Source: Stegostoma tigrinum (taxonomy: Eukaryota). From it: a stretch of DNA of 64,000 nt. The stretch's first letter is position 1, and every line of letters starts with the position of its first letter. Below the pieces are notes generated by a model that saw nothing but the letters and a program-made list of their open reading frames with translations, had not been told where the DNA came from and ran no database searches. This document shows, piece by piece, positions 51,100 to 64,000 of this stretch. The position numbers and the translations under genes were made by a program. The DNA lies in contig NC_081362.1 of assembly GCF_030684315.1 (NCBI RefSeq), positions 37,943,958 through 38,007,957 of the forward strand, given 5' to 3'.

Positions 51100-54000
51100 T
51101 AATGAGACACCTGGATATAGTGCAAGAGGGAAATACATTTCTACTAGTAGGAAAGATTAGGATCCAAGGGCAGAGGGTGGTTAAAATCAGGAACAGGGTA
51201 TGGTATCATATGGAAGTATGATTAATACGTGGCAAAGTTGTGACAAAATATTGAGAGGTGTAGCAATTTTATAGGACCAATAAAGAGATCGCATTTTCCT
51301 AACAACGGTCAAAGGTTTGGAGGGAGAACAGAATAAAGAACCAACAAAAAGATCTAAAGCTACATTAAGGAGATAAAAAATACAGCATTCCTCAAATTAT
51401 AAAATTGCAAATCTGAGAAATTATGTTAAATTTGTAGAGAACACTGGTTACAGCACCACTGGAGCAGTGTACAGTTTGGTTCTCTAAATTATAGACAAGA
51501 TATGTGGGCTCTGCAAAGGGTACAAAAAAATCATGTCAGAACTATGGTTAAATCTACAGTGAGAAGACACACATAGCAACTAATTCAGAGAGCCCAGAAC
51601 ATTTAAAAAAAGGGCAAAATGGTTTGAGGACCGAGGTGTTTAACATTACAAAGGGATTTGATAAAGTAGGCATAACACAAGGTATGTTTCACTTGTGGGA
51701 GAACAAAGCAAGGGGTTCATAAATGTCAGGAAAAAATGCAAAATGGAATTCAGGATTAGTTATTTTCCACAGAGTTCTTGGAGTATGTAAGTTACGACCA
51801 CCCATAGTTTAAGCAGATATCATAAATGCATTTAAAGGGAAGTTAGATAAACAAATGAGACAACAGTAAAACAAAAGGAACAGAAGATCCCACTAACAAA
51901 GTTGGAAAAGGAGGATGGAAGAAGGCTCACATGGAGCATAAATATCTGCACCTATAAGATGGGCCAAATGATCTATTGTTGTGCTGTACATTCTAAGTAT
52001 GGCTACGTGAATAAACTTGAACTACTTATTTAACTATGCATAAACAGACAAAAGCATTTAATTCTCAGCGGCTGCTGCAATTTCAATACCACTTATGGGC
52101 AGGGCAAATCATCAGAATTCTTGAATATTGTCACTACTCAGTGATCCAGATCAAAATCTGCACATGTGGATGCTGCACAAAGTTAAAATAGTGATGACTT
52201 CCTTAACTAATTAAGTTACCAAACATCCACACTGTAGACAAAGGATAATACAAGTGCTCCTGACTGCAAGAAGAAATGGAATGCATAACAATGACAGAAA
52301 AATGAAACATTCAAGAATGAGACGAGTTACAAAATATGTACATCGCATTCACAAATGTTGTAGCATCTAGTTTATATTTGGTTGCAGAAATAATGCAGCT
52401 TCAAACTAACTCAGTTTTAAGTAATACATTCTATCACACAATGGCAAAGCACTTTGGTTGAATATACACTGGCAGGCTCAGCATAAGTATTTGGACCAGA
52501 ATATATAAAATTCAATATTGCAGATTTGAAATTAAACAATAAAACAAGCCCAGACTGAAAGCGGAGAGTCAATATAACTTGGCTATAGAAATGATCAGTT
52601 GTTTTGGATGAATCTGTTTATTTTAAAAGAAAATACATCTGATAGAAAACTGAACTAAAATGAATTGGTATGATTGCACATCAGTATATCTTATTTCAAA
52701 ATCATATAAGACAACAGATAGAATATAAAAAGAGAAAAATTGCATTGGACAAATTTTGCTGAAATTGGGTTCTCATAATGTATGGTATTTAAGACATTTT
52801 CTTTCAGCTAAAGAATCTGCCCTGTAACCTGAGAATGTGAACTGGTGACAAGACATGTGATCTTACTGAACAACAGGACCAATGCAGCTCTGTAAACAAT
52901 AATATTTAAGGGTTGAGAACGAATCAAGAACAAGGAAGGAAAATGAATTAAAGCTAAACCAAGATTAGAAAGACAGAGAGAGGGGGAAAACAAGTGTGGA
53001 TTTAAGGAGGGAAAGAGAAGCTTGTCAAGTATAACAACAAGCCCAAGGGTTGGAAAGATTTAGAAACCATGAAAGGATAACAAAAAGTCCACAAAAGAGG
53101 GAAAATGTAGTAAGCTTGCAATAAGAATATAACCAAGTATATTAACTGGAGGAAACGTTATTCCCTTTGATCTGGAGACGGGATAGATTACCATGGGAAT
53201 GAAGCAATGACACAGAGACTGAACAAGTATGCACGCCAGTCATCATGATGGAAGACACAAATAATATATCAAGAAAGTACATCAAAAATATTAAATGTAG
53301 AGGAACTTAAAAAAAACAAAATCAGCACAGAAAAAGTATCAGGAGAAACTAAGGCAATGACAATCTGTTGGCATTCAGAGTTTGACAGTCTTTTCCAGGG
53401 TACTAAAAGAGACAGCTAGAGATAGGAGATAAATACTTTCCAATAAACTATTCAGTTATTACACATCTCGAGCTGACGGGGCTTGAACACTTGGTAGGGA
53501 TACTACCACTGAACCACGCAAGCCCTCCAAAGCTTGGATACAGATTAGTATTATCCAAAAATTTCTCATAAGTCATGGTGTTCCCATGTGACTGAAATTT
53601 AAGAAATCCAATTCCACTATTCACAGAATAGGCAGAAAACAGGGAACTACAGGTCACATAGGGCAGCATGGTAGCACAGTGATTAGCACTGTTGCCTCAG
53701 AGCGCCAGGGACCTGGGTTCGATTCCAGCCTCAGGTGACTGTCTGTGTGGAGTTTGCACATTCTCCCTATGCCTGCATGGGTTTGCTCCCATTTCCTTCC
53801 ACAGCCCAAAGATGTGCAGGCTAGGTGGATTGGCCATGCTAAATTGCTCATCATGTTCAGGGATGTGTAGATTAGGTGGGTTTATAGGGGGATGGAACTG
53901 GGTGGGATGCTCCGAGGGTCGGTGTGGACTTGTTGGGCAGAAGGGCCTGTTTCCACACTGTAGGGTTTCTATTAAAAAAATCTGCTATCAGTTATGGAAA

Positions 54001-54880
54001 AATGCTCTAATCGATTGAACCTTACAAAAACAGCTTGGAAATTGTAGTATGATCAGATGGCATCAACATGCTTTTATTAAAGTGAAATTGTGGATGGCAA
54101 ATTTATTGGAGATTTCTAAGGATGCAGAAAGGGAAACCAGTGCATGCCTACACTTGCCAAAATAATTCGATAAAGTACTATGTTAAAGGATAATATGCAA
54201 GATGAGGATTCAAGGAGGATAATACTTCAGCTTTGATGGAGGATCATTAAAGAGGCAGGAAAAACGATAGAGATAAACAAGATGTTTTCAAGTTGGCAGA
54301 CTAACTTGTGAGCACTACAAAAATCATTGCTAAAACTACAATGACTTACAAAATAACGCATACTAATAAGTCTGATGAACAGACCAAGAATAATGCATCC
54401 AAATTTGTTGGTGATATAAAGCTAACTAGGGAGATAAGTTGTTAGGAAAACTCAAAAGGTTGAAAAGAGGTCAAAAAAGGTCAATTCAAGAAGCAACATG
54501 ACGACACATGGAGAAATGTGAAGTAAACTCAAATCCAAATTTAAAACGCATAAAACTTTTACATGTTGCAATTCAGAGAGCCTTGGGCACATTTGTACAA
54601 GGAACAGAACATTAACATGCAGGCATATCAATCAATTGAAAGGGGAAATATCACAGCAATCTTTATTGCAAGAGGACTGGAATAAAAGAATGAACAACTC
54701 TTACTACATCGCAAGGGCCTTCGATGGGACCACACAGAGTGTTTAATGAGGACTTAATATGTGTCTTGGAGGTGATGGGTAAAAGTTCACCCGATTGGTT
54801 TCAGGAAAGAAAGGGTTATCCCATGATGAGAGGTTGAACAAGTGTCATTTGTACTCTTTGGAGAAAAAAGGTAATCTAAT
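51100..54880 (+). mobile_element. Highly decayed CR1-type LINE fragments (51100-52000 and 53100-54880)
   Basis: Residual RT motifs, e.g. tccaaatttgttggtgata (SKFVGD). Confidence 0.5.
53661..53970 (+). mobile_element. HE1 SINE, full length
   Basis: A box tagcacagtga, canonical B box ggttcgattcc, and tail ccacactgtaggg. Confidence 0.92.
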
Positions 54881-54904
54881 TAAAACGTCCTGGCTTCTGA
54901 ATGA

Positions 54905-57240
54905 CTGATAATGGGAACTGCAGGTGCTGGAGAATCCGAGATAATAAAATGTGAGGCTGGATGAACACAGCAGGCCAAGCAGCATCTCAGGAGCACAAAA
55001 GCTGACGTTTCGGGCCTAGACCCTTCATCAGAGAGGGGGATGGGGTGAGGGATCTGGAATAAATAAGGAGGGGGGGAGGCGGACCGAAGATGGAGAGAAA
55101 AGAAGATAGGTGGAGAGGAGAGCATAGGTGGGGAGGTGGGGAGGGGATAGGTCAGTCCAGGGAAGACGGACAGGTCAAGGAGGTGGGATGAGGTTAGTAG
55201 GCAGGAGATGGAGGTGCGGCTTGGGGTGGGAAAAAGGGATGGGTGAGAGGAAGAACAGGTTAGGGAGGCAGAGACAGGCTGGACTGGTTTTGGGATGCAG
55301 TGGGTGGAGGGGAAGAGCTGGGCTGGTTGTGTGGTGCAGTGCGGGGAGGGGACGAACTGGGCTGGTTTTGGGATGAGGTGGGGGAAGGGGAGATTTTGAA
55401 GTTGGTGAAGTCCACATTGATACCATATGGCTGCAGGGTTCCCAAGCGGAATATGAGTTGCTGTTCCTGCAACCTTTGGGTGGCATCACTGTGTCACTGC
55501 AGGAGGCCCATGATGGACATGTCATCTAAAGAATGGGAGGGGGAGTGGAGATGGTTTGCGACTGGGAGGTGCAGTTGTTTATTGCGAACTGAGCGGAGGT
55601 GTTCTGCAAAGCCGTTCCCAAGCCTCCGCTTGGTTTCCCCAAAGTAGAGCAAGCCACACCGGGTACAATGGATACAGTATACCATATTGGCAGATGTGCA
55701 GGTGAACATATGCTTAATATGGAAAGTCATCTTGGGGCCTGGGATAGGGGTGAGGGAGGTGGCGTGGGGGCAAGTGTAGCATTTCCTGCGGTTGCAGGGG
55801 AAGGTGCTGGGTGTGGTGGGGTTGGAGGGCAGTGTGGAGCGAACAAGGGAGTCACGGAGAGAGTGGTCTCTCCGGAAAGCAGACAAGGGTGGGGATAGAA
55901 AAATGTCTTGGGTGGTGGGGTCGGATTGTAGATGGCAGAAGTGTCGGAGGATGATGCGTTGTATCCGGAGGTTGGTGGGGTGGTGTGTGAGAACGAGGGG
56001 GATCCTCTTTGGGCGGTTGTGGCGGGGGTGGGGTGTGAGCGATGTGTTGCGGGAAATGCGGGAGACGCGGTCAAGGGCGTTCTAGATCACTGTGGGGGGG
56101 GCAAGTTGTGGTCCTTGAAGAACTTGGACATCCGGGGATGTGCGGCAGTGGAATGCCTCATCCTGGGAGCAGATGCGGCGGAGGCGGAGAATTGGGAATA
56201 GGAGATGGAATTTTTGCAGGAGGGTGGGTGGGAGGTGGTGTATTCTAGGTAGCTGTGGGAGTCGGTGGGCTTGAAATGGACATCAGTTACAAGCTGGTTG
56301 TCTGAGATGGAGACAGAGTTCCAAGAAGGTGAAGGATGTGCTGGAGATGGCCCAGGTGAACTGAAGGTTGGGGTGGAAGGTGTTGGTGAAGTGGATGAAC
56401 TGTTCGAGCCCCTCTGGGGAGCAAGAGGCGGCGCCGATACAGTCATCAACGTAACAGAGGAAGAGATGGCGTTTGGGGCCTGTATAGGTGCGGAAGAGGG
56501 ACTGTTCCATGTAACCTACAAAGAGGCAGGCATAGCTGGGGCCCATGCGGGTGCCCATGGCCACTCCCTTAGTCTGTAGGAAGTGGGAGGAATCGAAAGA
56601 GAAGTTGTTGAGGGTGAGGACGAGTTCGGCTAGGCGGATGAGGTGTCGGTGGAGGGGACTGGTCGGGCCTATGGGACAGGAAGAAGCGGAGGGCCTTGAG
56701 GCCATCTGCATGCGGAATACAGGTGAATAGGGACTGGACGTCCATGGTGAAAATGAGGTGTTGGGGGCCAGGGAATTGGAAGTCCTGGAGGAGGTGGAGG
56801 GCGTGTGTGGTGTCACGGACGTAGGTAGGGAGTTCCTGGACCAAAGGGGAGAAAATGGAGTCCAGATAGGTGGAGATGAGTTCGGTGGGGCAAGAACAGG
56901 CTGAGACAATGGGTCGACCAAGGCAGGCAGGTTTGTGGATTTTGGGAAGGAGATAGAAACGGGCCGTGCAGGGTTGGGGAACAATGAGGTTGGAGGCTGC
57001 GGGTGGGAGGTCCCCTGAGGTGATGAGGTCATGAATGGTGTTGGAGATGATGGTTTGGTGCTCGGGGGTGGGGTCATGATCGAGGGGGCGGTAGGAGGTG
57101 GTGTCGGAGAGTTGGCGTTTGGCCTCGGCGATTGTACCCGGTGTGGCTTCCTCTACATTGGGGAAATCAAGCGGAGGCTTGGGGACTGCTTTGCAGAACA
57201 CCTCCGCGTCACAAACCATTTCCACTCCCCCTCCCATTCT
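54905..57240 (-). mobile_element. Penelope-like retroelement (Neptune-type), 5'-truncated, RT plus Cys linker plus GIY-YIG, frameshifted
   Basis: FYLLPKIHK..GRPIVS, TMDVQSLFT.IP, QTKGVAMG..MGPSYA, YVDD, HFKPTD, CNRRKCYTC, VYCIHC..C...YFGETKR.L...EH and LGTLQPYGIN. An inverted GIY-YIG piece sits at 57132-57238. Confidence 0.95.
55002..55033 (-). ncRNA. Intact minimal hammerhead motif at the PLE 3' end (host-sense strand)
   Basis: CU-CUGAUGA-A-GGGUCUAGGCCC-GAAA-CG-UC^AG; predicted cut between 55004 and 55003. Confidence 0.72.
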
Positions 57241-59179
57241 GGTCATACTGAATGGTAGAACAGGCTTTGAAAGCCACTGGTCTATTTCTGCTTTTTTTCC
57301 TCACATCTTCAGTTTTACAAATCACAACTATATCACCCATTAGCCTCCTGTTTCAATTAAAATAACTCCAGATTATTCATTCTTTCACAGCTAAAATTCT
57401 TCATTCCTCACAACACCATTGTAATTCTGCTCTCTAACCTCTTCAGTACGACTTCATTTGTCTTGCAACAAAGTAACCAATACCATCGCTGTCCAACTGA
57501 TGCTCTACATAGTTCGTGTTATCACCTCACTGCTCTTAAATGTGAGGTCTCAGTCAATGAAGGGAAGTATTTTACATACTTTCTCTCTGTCCTGCTATCA
57601 TCGATGTCTTTCTGCAGTCTACTGTTTTATTGTCAACCACAAAGTGTGTTTTAGTAATTGTTTGCAAACTTCTTCCTCCCCAACCTATATAGCATGCCAT
57701 CCACAACGCCATAGATTTGATTCTGACTGCAATTCCCAAAGGAACTATCTCCGTCCGCAGTACTATATACTGTTTGAAGAGTAAGACATAAACATGGGAC
57801 CCATGCCTTGTTTGCTTGGTGCTCCTCGTTCTTCTGTCAGTCGCTTTCTCTCAGTACCTACACATTTTTAAATGAGAAGACGACAATCACCACCAAAAGT
57901 ATTCCACCCTCAAAGCTCATTCAGTAATCTACCATATTCTTCCTCACTATCACCCACAAACTAAATTTTAGTATCACCTGAAAACTTCTTAGTCATGTCC
58001 CCATGCAGTTAAATCTAATTCATTAGTAAATGTCACATTATTTTCTGTTCAGTTTGGGATCTTGTCAATAGTTCTGATATAATCCACATTGACTATTCAA
58101 AATGCTACCTTCATCAAACCTTCTTGCTTTTTGCAAAAAATTCAATCAAGTTCATCAACAGTAATTCTATAAATCCATAATTAATATGAGTAAATTGCAT
58201 CTCAACATATTTTCCTGTAAGTTGCCCAAGGCTGGGCTGAATGGCATGTAATTACTCAGGTTATCCTTTCTATCTCTTTTTAAACAATGATACAAAAATC
58301 GGCAGATTTTCTGTACCACACCTGTCGGCAAAGAGGATTGAATAATAGACACAACTTCTGTTATTTCTTTCCTTGTCAGGTGGAATATATCATTTCTGAA
58401 TCTGACAAGTTATTCATTTAAAGCAACTAAACACCCGAATATTTCCTATCACTGTGCTTATCACATAATATTTCACTCTCAACTATAATATCTGCCCCAT
58501 GCCATTATCAAAACAAGAACAAAATATTCATTTAGAACACAGTTCACCTCCCATTAAATTTCCACGCCCTCATTTTGTTTTCTTTATTTCCTTTCTAATT
58601 TTCAACTGACATTTTTACTTAGGCAAGCTTTAAAAACAAACGTAAGCCCTCTTTTTTGCCATACATCAGTCTGCATAAAATTTAAGAATCTCTGCCCTCT
58701 CTACCCTTTGCGCTGAATTTATTCCCGTTAAGAGGTATTTGAAATCCTGAACTACTACAGCCTTTTTGTTTCTGTACTTCTCAGCAATTTGCCCAGTTTG
58801 TCCTATCATCTCCCCCTTACAATAGTAGTGCATTGTAAACGTGTTATCATCCCATTTCTAATCAACCAATAAAATGCTAATTTGATGCCTTTTCGGGCAT
58901 ACTACCCCTCTTCACAGGTGATTGTTTCATTAACTAATTGTGACTTTCCCTCCTTTTTATCCCCGCCCTCAGCCCACCAGAAAGCGCAGTAATTGAGAAT
59001 GTTTAACTGCCATCCCAGTTCTTCAACCACATTCCAGTAATAGCCAGGATGTAATATTTCCGAACGTACACCTGTGCTGTCAGCTCATTTGCACTGAAGA
59101 AACAAACGTAGGCCATTTGTTCCATCAAGCCAACTTCATTATTCAACGTGATCATCCCTGGTCCTCTATCTCAACATTA

Positions 59180-59730
59180 CTTTGGACCAAAAAGGATAGA
59201 TTAGGGCAATTTCTACATGGTATGAGGTCCAATATAATGGATGTCCAAAGAGACTTAGGGATTCAGGTGCACAGATCTTTAAAATGTCACAAACAGGTGC
59301 AGAAAATAATCAAGAAAGCTAATGGAATTTGGGCCGTCAAACAGACTGCAGTATAGATTGCCAAACATTTTGCTGCAATTATAGAAAATGCCCATTAAAC
59401 TTCATTTGGATAACTGTGAGCTGATCTGTGCACTACACCTTTGGAAGGACTTATGGCCTCGGAGGGAGTACAGTGTAAGCTTACAAGAACGATGCACACT
59501 TTTTATAGAATTTAGAATGTTTAAGGGGTGATGTGATTGAAGTCTTCAAGATATTAATGGGAAAAAAAACATGTTAGATAAACTAATTCACTGCTTGGAA
59601 ATTGTAGAACTGGGGGTACAGTCTGTGAATTCGGGCCCGACTGTTCAGAAGATGTTAGGAAGCACTTCTACTCACAAAGGGTGGTAAATGTTTGGAAAGC
59701 TTCAGGGGCTGAATTACCTACTCTTCTTTC
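59180..59730 (+). mobile_element. CR1-type LINE 3' fragment
   Basis: QRDLGIQVHRSLK...IIKKANG. Confidence 0.75.
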
Positions 59731-60025
59731 TATAGACCATACTCTTGTTCTCTCCCCATACTCCTTGTTGCCTTTAGTATCTAAAAATAAATTTCTTTCT
59801 TAAACTTATTCAGTGACATGGTCTCCACAATCTTTTGTGATAAAGAATTCTATAGGTTGACCAGCCTGAGTGATGAAATTTCTCATGTTAGTCCAAAAAT
59901 GACTTATCCCATATCCTGAGATTTTTACCCCTTACTCTGGATTCCTCCTTCATTTGCTGTGCCCTCCAAATGCAAGGGAAACATCATCCCTCAATCCAGT
60001 CTGTTCAATCATACCACAATGTTGT

Positions 60026-61560
60026 TAGTGGCTGAGGAAATAGCAGAGGCTTTGGTTGTGATCTTTCAAAAGTCACTGGAGTCAGGTCAAGTTCCTGATG
60101 ATTGGAAAATCGCTGTTGTAACCCCCTTGTTTAAGAAAGCATCAAGGCAAAAGATGGAAAATTATAGACTGATTAGCCTAACCTCGGTTGTTGGTGAAAT
60201 TCTTGAACCACTGTCATGGATGGGATTTCTAAATTCCTGGAAGTGCTGGGTCAGATTAGAACAAGTCAGCATGGATTTAGTAAGGGGAGGTTGTGCCTGA
60301 CAAACCTGTTAGAATTCTTTGAAGAGGTAACAAATATGTTAGACCAGGGAAACTCAGTAGATGTTATATATCTAGACTTCCAAAAGGCCTTTGATATGGT
60401 GCCTCATGGGAGGCTACCGAGCAAGGTGAGGGCCGATGGTGTTCGAGGTGAGCTACTGGCTTGGACTGAGGATTGGCTGTCTGACAGAAGGCAGAGAGTT
60501 GGGATAAAAGGCTCTTTTTTGGAATGGCAACCGGTGACGAGTAGTGTCCCGCCGGGTTCAGTGTTGGGGCCACAGCTGTTCACCTTGTATATTAATGATC
60601 TGGATGAAGGGACTGGGGGCATTCTGGCGAAGTTTACCGAAGATACGGAGATAGGTGGACAGGCAGGTAGTACTGAGGAGGTAGGGAAGCTGCAGAAAGA
60701 TTTAGACAGTTTAGGAGAATGGTCCAGGAAATGGCTGATGAAATTCAACGTGAGCAAATATGAGGCTTTGCACTTTGGAAAAAAGAATACAGGCATGGAC
60801 TATTTTCTAAATGGTGAGGAAATTCGCAAAGCCAAAGTATAAAGGGATCTGGGAGTGTTGGTCCAGGATTCTCTAAAAGTTAACTTGCAGGTAGAGTCCG
60901 TGATTAAGAAAGCGAATGTAATGTTGTCGTTTATCTCAAGAGGGTTGGAATATAAAAGCAGCGATATGCTTCTGAGACTTTATAAAGCTCTAGTTAGGCC
61001 CCATTTAGAATACTGTGTCCAATTTTGAGCCCTACACCTCAGGAAGGACATACTAGCCCTGGAGCGTGTCCAGCGGAGATTCACATGGATGATCCCTGGA
61101 ATGGTAGGTTTAACGTACGATGAACGGCTAAGGGTCCTGGGGTTGTACTCATTAGAGTTTAGAAGGTTGAAGGGAGATCTAATAGAAACTTACAAGATAA
61201 TGTATGGCTTAGAAGGGGTGGACGCTGGGAAGTTGTTTCCGTTAGGCAGGGAGACTAGGACCCGTGGGCACAGCCTTAAAATTAGAGGGTGTAAATTTAA
61301 AACGGAAATGAGACAACATTTCTTCAGCCAGAGAGTGGTGGGTTTGTGGAATTCATTGCCATGGAGTGCAGTGGAGGCCGGGACATTAGATGCCTTCAAG
61401 GCAGAGAGCGACAAATTCTTGATCTCATAAGGAATCAAGGGCCATGGGGAGAGTGCAGGGAAGTGGAGTTGAAATGCCCATCAACCACGATTTAAATGGC
61501 GAAGTAGATGTGACGGGCTGAATGGCCTTACTTCCACTCCTATGTCTTATGGTCTTATGT
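60026..61560 (+). mobile_element. Young 5'-truncated CR1/HER1 LINE
   Basis: Long ORF pieces QHGF.KGRLCLTNLLEFF, YLDFQKAFD.VPH, GSVLGPQLF..YINDL, LGLYSLEFRRLKGDLI; ttatggtcttatg tail. Confidence 0.95.
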
Positions 61561-62720
61561 TACAGTCTTAATGAGATCCTTTCTCATTCTTCTAAACTCC
61601 AATGAATACAGCCCTAGTTCAACCAATCTCTCTTCGTATAACAAACCTGCCAATATCATTGCAGGAATCAGTCTAGTCAACTTTCGCTGCACTCTCTCTA
61701 ACGACAAATATATGCTTTCTAAGGCAATGGGACAGAAACGGCACACAATATACCAGCTATGGTCTCAAGGCCCTTGTAAAGCTGCAGAAAGACATGTTTG
61801 CTCCTACACACAAACCCTCTTGTAATTGATACATACCAGACCAAACCCCCTCAAAATACTTCAAGGAGATAGCCTAGACCGTAACTTTTTATTTTAATTA
61901 AATGCAACAGTAAGGCACTGTGTTCCATATGCCAATAAATTGGTCAAGTAATAGGCTTTAAGGAAAACACACTTTAGTCCTACTGCATAGTTAAAAATAC
62001 AAAAACAAAAATTGGCATTACTTTAACTCTACTGAAATACTTAACAAAATTGTTTAACTACTAATCATCAATTATTTTAATATAGCAGCACCCCATAAAC
62101 ATACTGTTGGCAAAGCAAATTCAGCAGAACAGATTTTCCTCACATGTTATCTCCTTTCCAGTCCAGAAGAAAGGAACGCCAAAAGGAAAACTGTGGTGGA
62201 CAGAGAACACAAGCATTTTCCTGCAGCAGAGAGCGCGAGCTATATCTATCAGTTTGAACAGCCAACTGCAAACCCCAACTGAAGGCACAACTAAAACCCT
62301 GGGTCTATGTGAGCCTGACTCCATCCTCATATCTAATTTAAAAACAACACGCTCAGGGAAGTCAAAGCTATTTATGCACTGCTTCGAAAGCCTCTGTAAA
62401 AGAAACAGCACAGAACAAACCTCTCTAAAAGGCACAGTAATATTACATGATGAAGGCCAACACACCATGGCCTTCCTAACCATGTGCTGCACTTGCATGG
62501 TTGCTCTCAATGACTGGTATATAAAAACATCCAAATCTTTTCATATACCAACGTTTTTCAATCAATCACCATTTAAACAATGCATCGTCTTTCTGTTTTT
62601 CCTACTAAAGTGCATAATTTCACATTTATCCACGAAATGCTATGTTTGGCTACTCACTCAATTTGTCAAAAATCGCCTTGAAGTCTCTCTAGTCCTCACC
62701 ATTCACAACTCCATCTAAAT
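61560..62720 (-). mobile_element. CR1-type fragment split by an LTR-like insert
   Basis: ERVQRKLTRLIP..LGLYSLEFRRMR on the left; continues at 62448 (gaaggccaacacacc). Confidence 0.75.
61821..62447 (-). mobile_element. Probable solo LTR (about 620 bp) inserted in CR1
   Basis: Termini tgtaat...attaca (or TG at 61827 with a taat/tgat TSD). It interrupts collinear CR1 sequence and has a minus-strand AATAAA at 61888-61893. Confidence 0.55.
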
Positions 62721-62727
62721 TTGTAAT

Positions 62728-62850
62728 ACAAAGAACTGCAGATGTTGGAAATCCGGAACAAAAACAGAAAGTACTGGAGAAACTCAGGTCTGGTGGCACG
62801 TGTGGAGAGAAAGCAGAACAAATATTTCAATCTAGTGACCCCTCTAGTCC
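62728..62850 (-). mobile_element. PLE-end fragment (family B-related)
   Basis: aaagaactgcagatgttggaaatc...gagaaactcaggtctgg. Confidence 0.6.
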
Positions 62851-62859
62851 TGAGCTCTC

Positions 62860-63420
62860 ACTTTTTCAGTGAACTTGATTCCCACCATCCTCTGGGCAAA
62901 AAACATTTTCCTCTCAATCGCTCTAAATCTCCTGTCTCAACCTAAATCTACATCTAGTCATTGATCCCTCCACAAAAAAAAAGGGGGGGAAAGAGTGTCT
63001 TCCTGACTACCCTATCTCTGCCTACCACCCCCCATAACTTATATATTGCAATCATGTCCCCCCTCAGTCTCCTCTGCTCCAAGGAATGCAACTCCAGCCT
63101 GTCCAATATTTCTTCGTAACGGAAGCTTGCCAGTCTAGGCAACATCCAGGAAAATCGCCTGAATCCTTGGCAGCACGATTACTTCAACCTTGTAGCATGG
63201 ATTCCAGAACTACACAACATACTCTAATAGAGGCATAACCAACATTTTATACAGTTTCAGCACAACACTCCTGCTCGTAAACTCTATGCCCGTGCTAATA
63301 AAACAGGCATATGCCTTCTAAACCTCTTTATCTACCTGCATTGCTACATCAAGGAACCAGTGGACATGTACTTAGAGGTCTCTCTGGTCCTCAGTACTTT
63401 GAAGGGTCCTACCATTCATC
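62860..63420 (-). mobile_element. CR1-type LINE fragment
   Basis: YEEILDRLELHSLEQRRLRGDMI..YK. Confidence 0.8.
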
Positions 63421-63934
63421 ATATATCACCTCAAACTTATCTGGATTCAAGTTCATAAATTTTCCCTTTCACTTTTCCATCACTTATTTCAAAAGAAAAT
63501 TTCCTTTTATTACTCCTTCCCAATGGACCTTGCCCGCCTTGTATTTCTCAAATGCCCAACTTGTATAGACAGAACTAAAGTTGTTAGTGAATTGCTGTGC
63601 CATTTCCTCGCTCTCCGTTATAATTCTCCCTTTTCACATTGTAAAGAGCTGACACTTGTCTTGACTCATCTTTTTCTCAACATACAAACAGTTATTATAA
63701 TCTGCATTTATGTTCCTTGCAAATTTACTCTCATACCCTTAGCGACCTTTGCTAAATTTAAACTGCTCCCAATCTACAGACTTGCTCCTTTTTCTAGCAA
63801 CTTTATATCACCCCTTTGATCCAACAATTCCTAAATGTCCTTTGTTAGCCACATCTGGGCCACTATCTGTGCCATGTTATTTTGCGTAACTGTCAAATCA
63901 ATTACTTGTTCCTTAAATATTAGCCACTATCAAG

Positions 63935-64000
63935 TCAGTGGCTCAGTGTTTAGCACTGCTGCTTCACAGTCTTGGATGACTGTCTGTGTGGACTCTCCCC
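63935..64000 (+). mobile_element. HE1 SINE 5' fragment at the window edge
   Basis: gtggctcagtgtttagcactgctgcttcacag...gactgtctgtgtgg. Confidence 0.7.

Noticed and set aside
53661-53735. tRNA gene
   Set aside because: The A/B boxes continue into HE1 SINE core and tail, so this is a SINE head.
62107-62718. 203-aa plus-strand ORF
   Set aside because: Runs across the LTR-like/CR1 junction and has no protein motif.

Overview
This is eukaryotic DNA, most likely from an elasmobranch (shark), judged by HE1-type SINEs and HER1/CR1-type LINEs. The window lies inside the 5' part of SCAF8 (RBM16, an RNA Pol II CTD-interacting factor) on the minus strand. Only two short coding exons are present: 39504-39587 (84 nt) and 18623-18667 (45 nt). 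Everything else is intron dominated by retroelements: CR1/HER1, L2-like and Rex/Babar LINEs, HE1 and DeuSINE-like SINEs, two probable solo LTRs and at least four families of Penelope-like elements (PLEs). The most striking non-gene signal is a set of 170-1200 bp palindromic PLE-derived inserts flanked by 10-15 bp target-site duplications (TSDs). Their arms carry minimal type I hammerhead ribozyme motifs (CUGANGA...GAAACGUH) in an antisense-arm-first layout, and most tailed PLE ends lie on the host sense strand. Family names come from remembered motifs; no database search was run, and TE boundaries are approximate.
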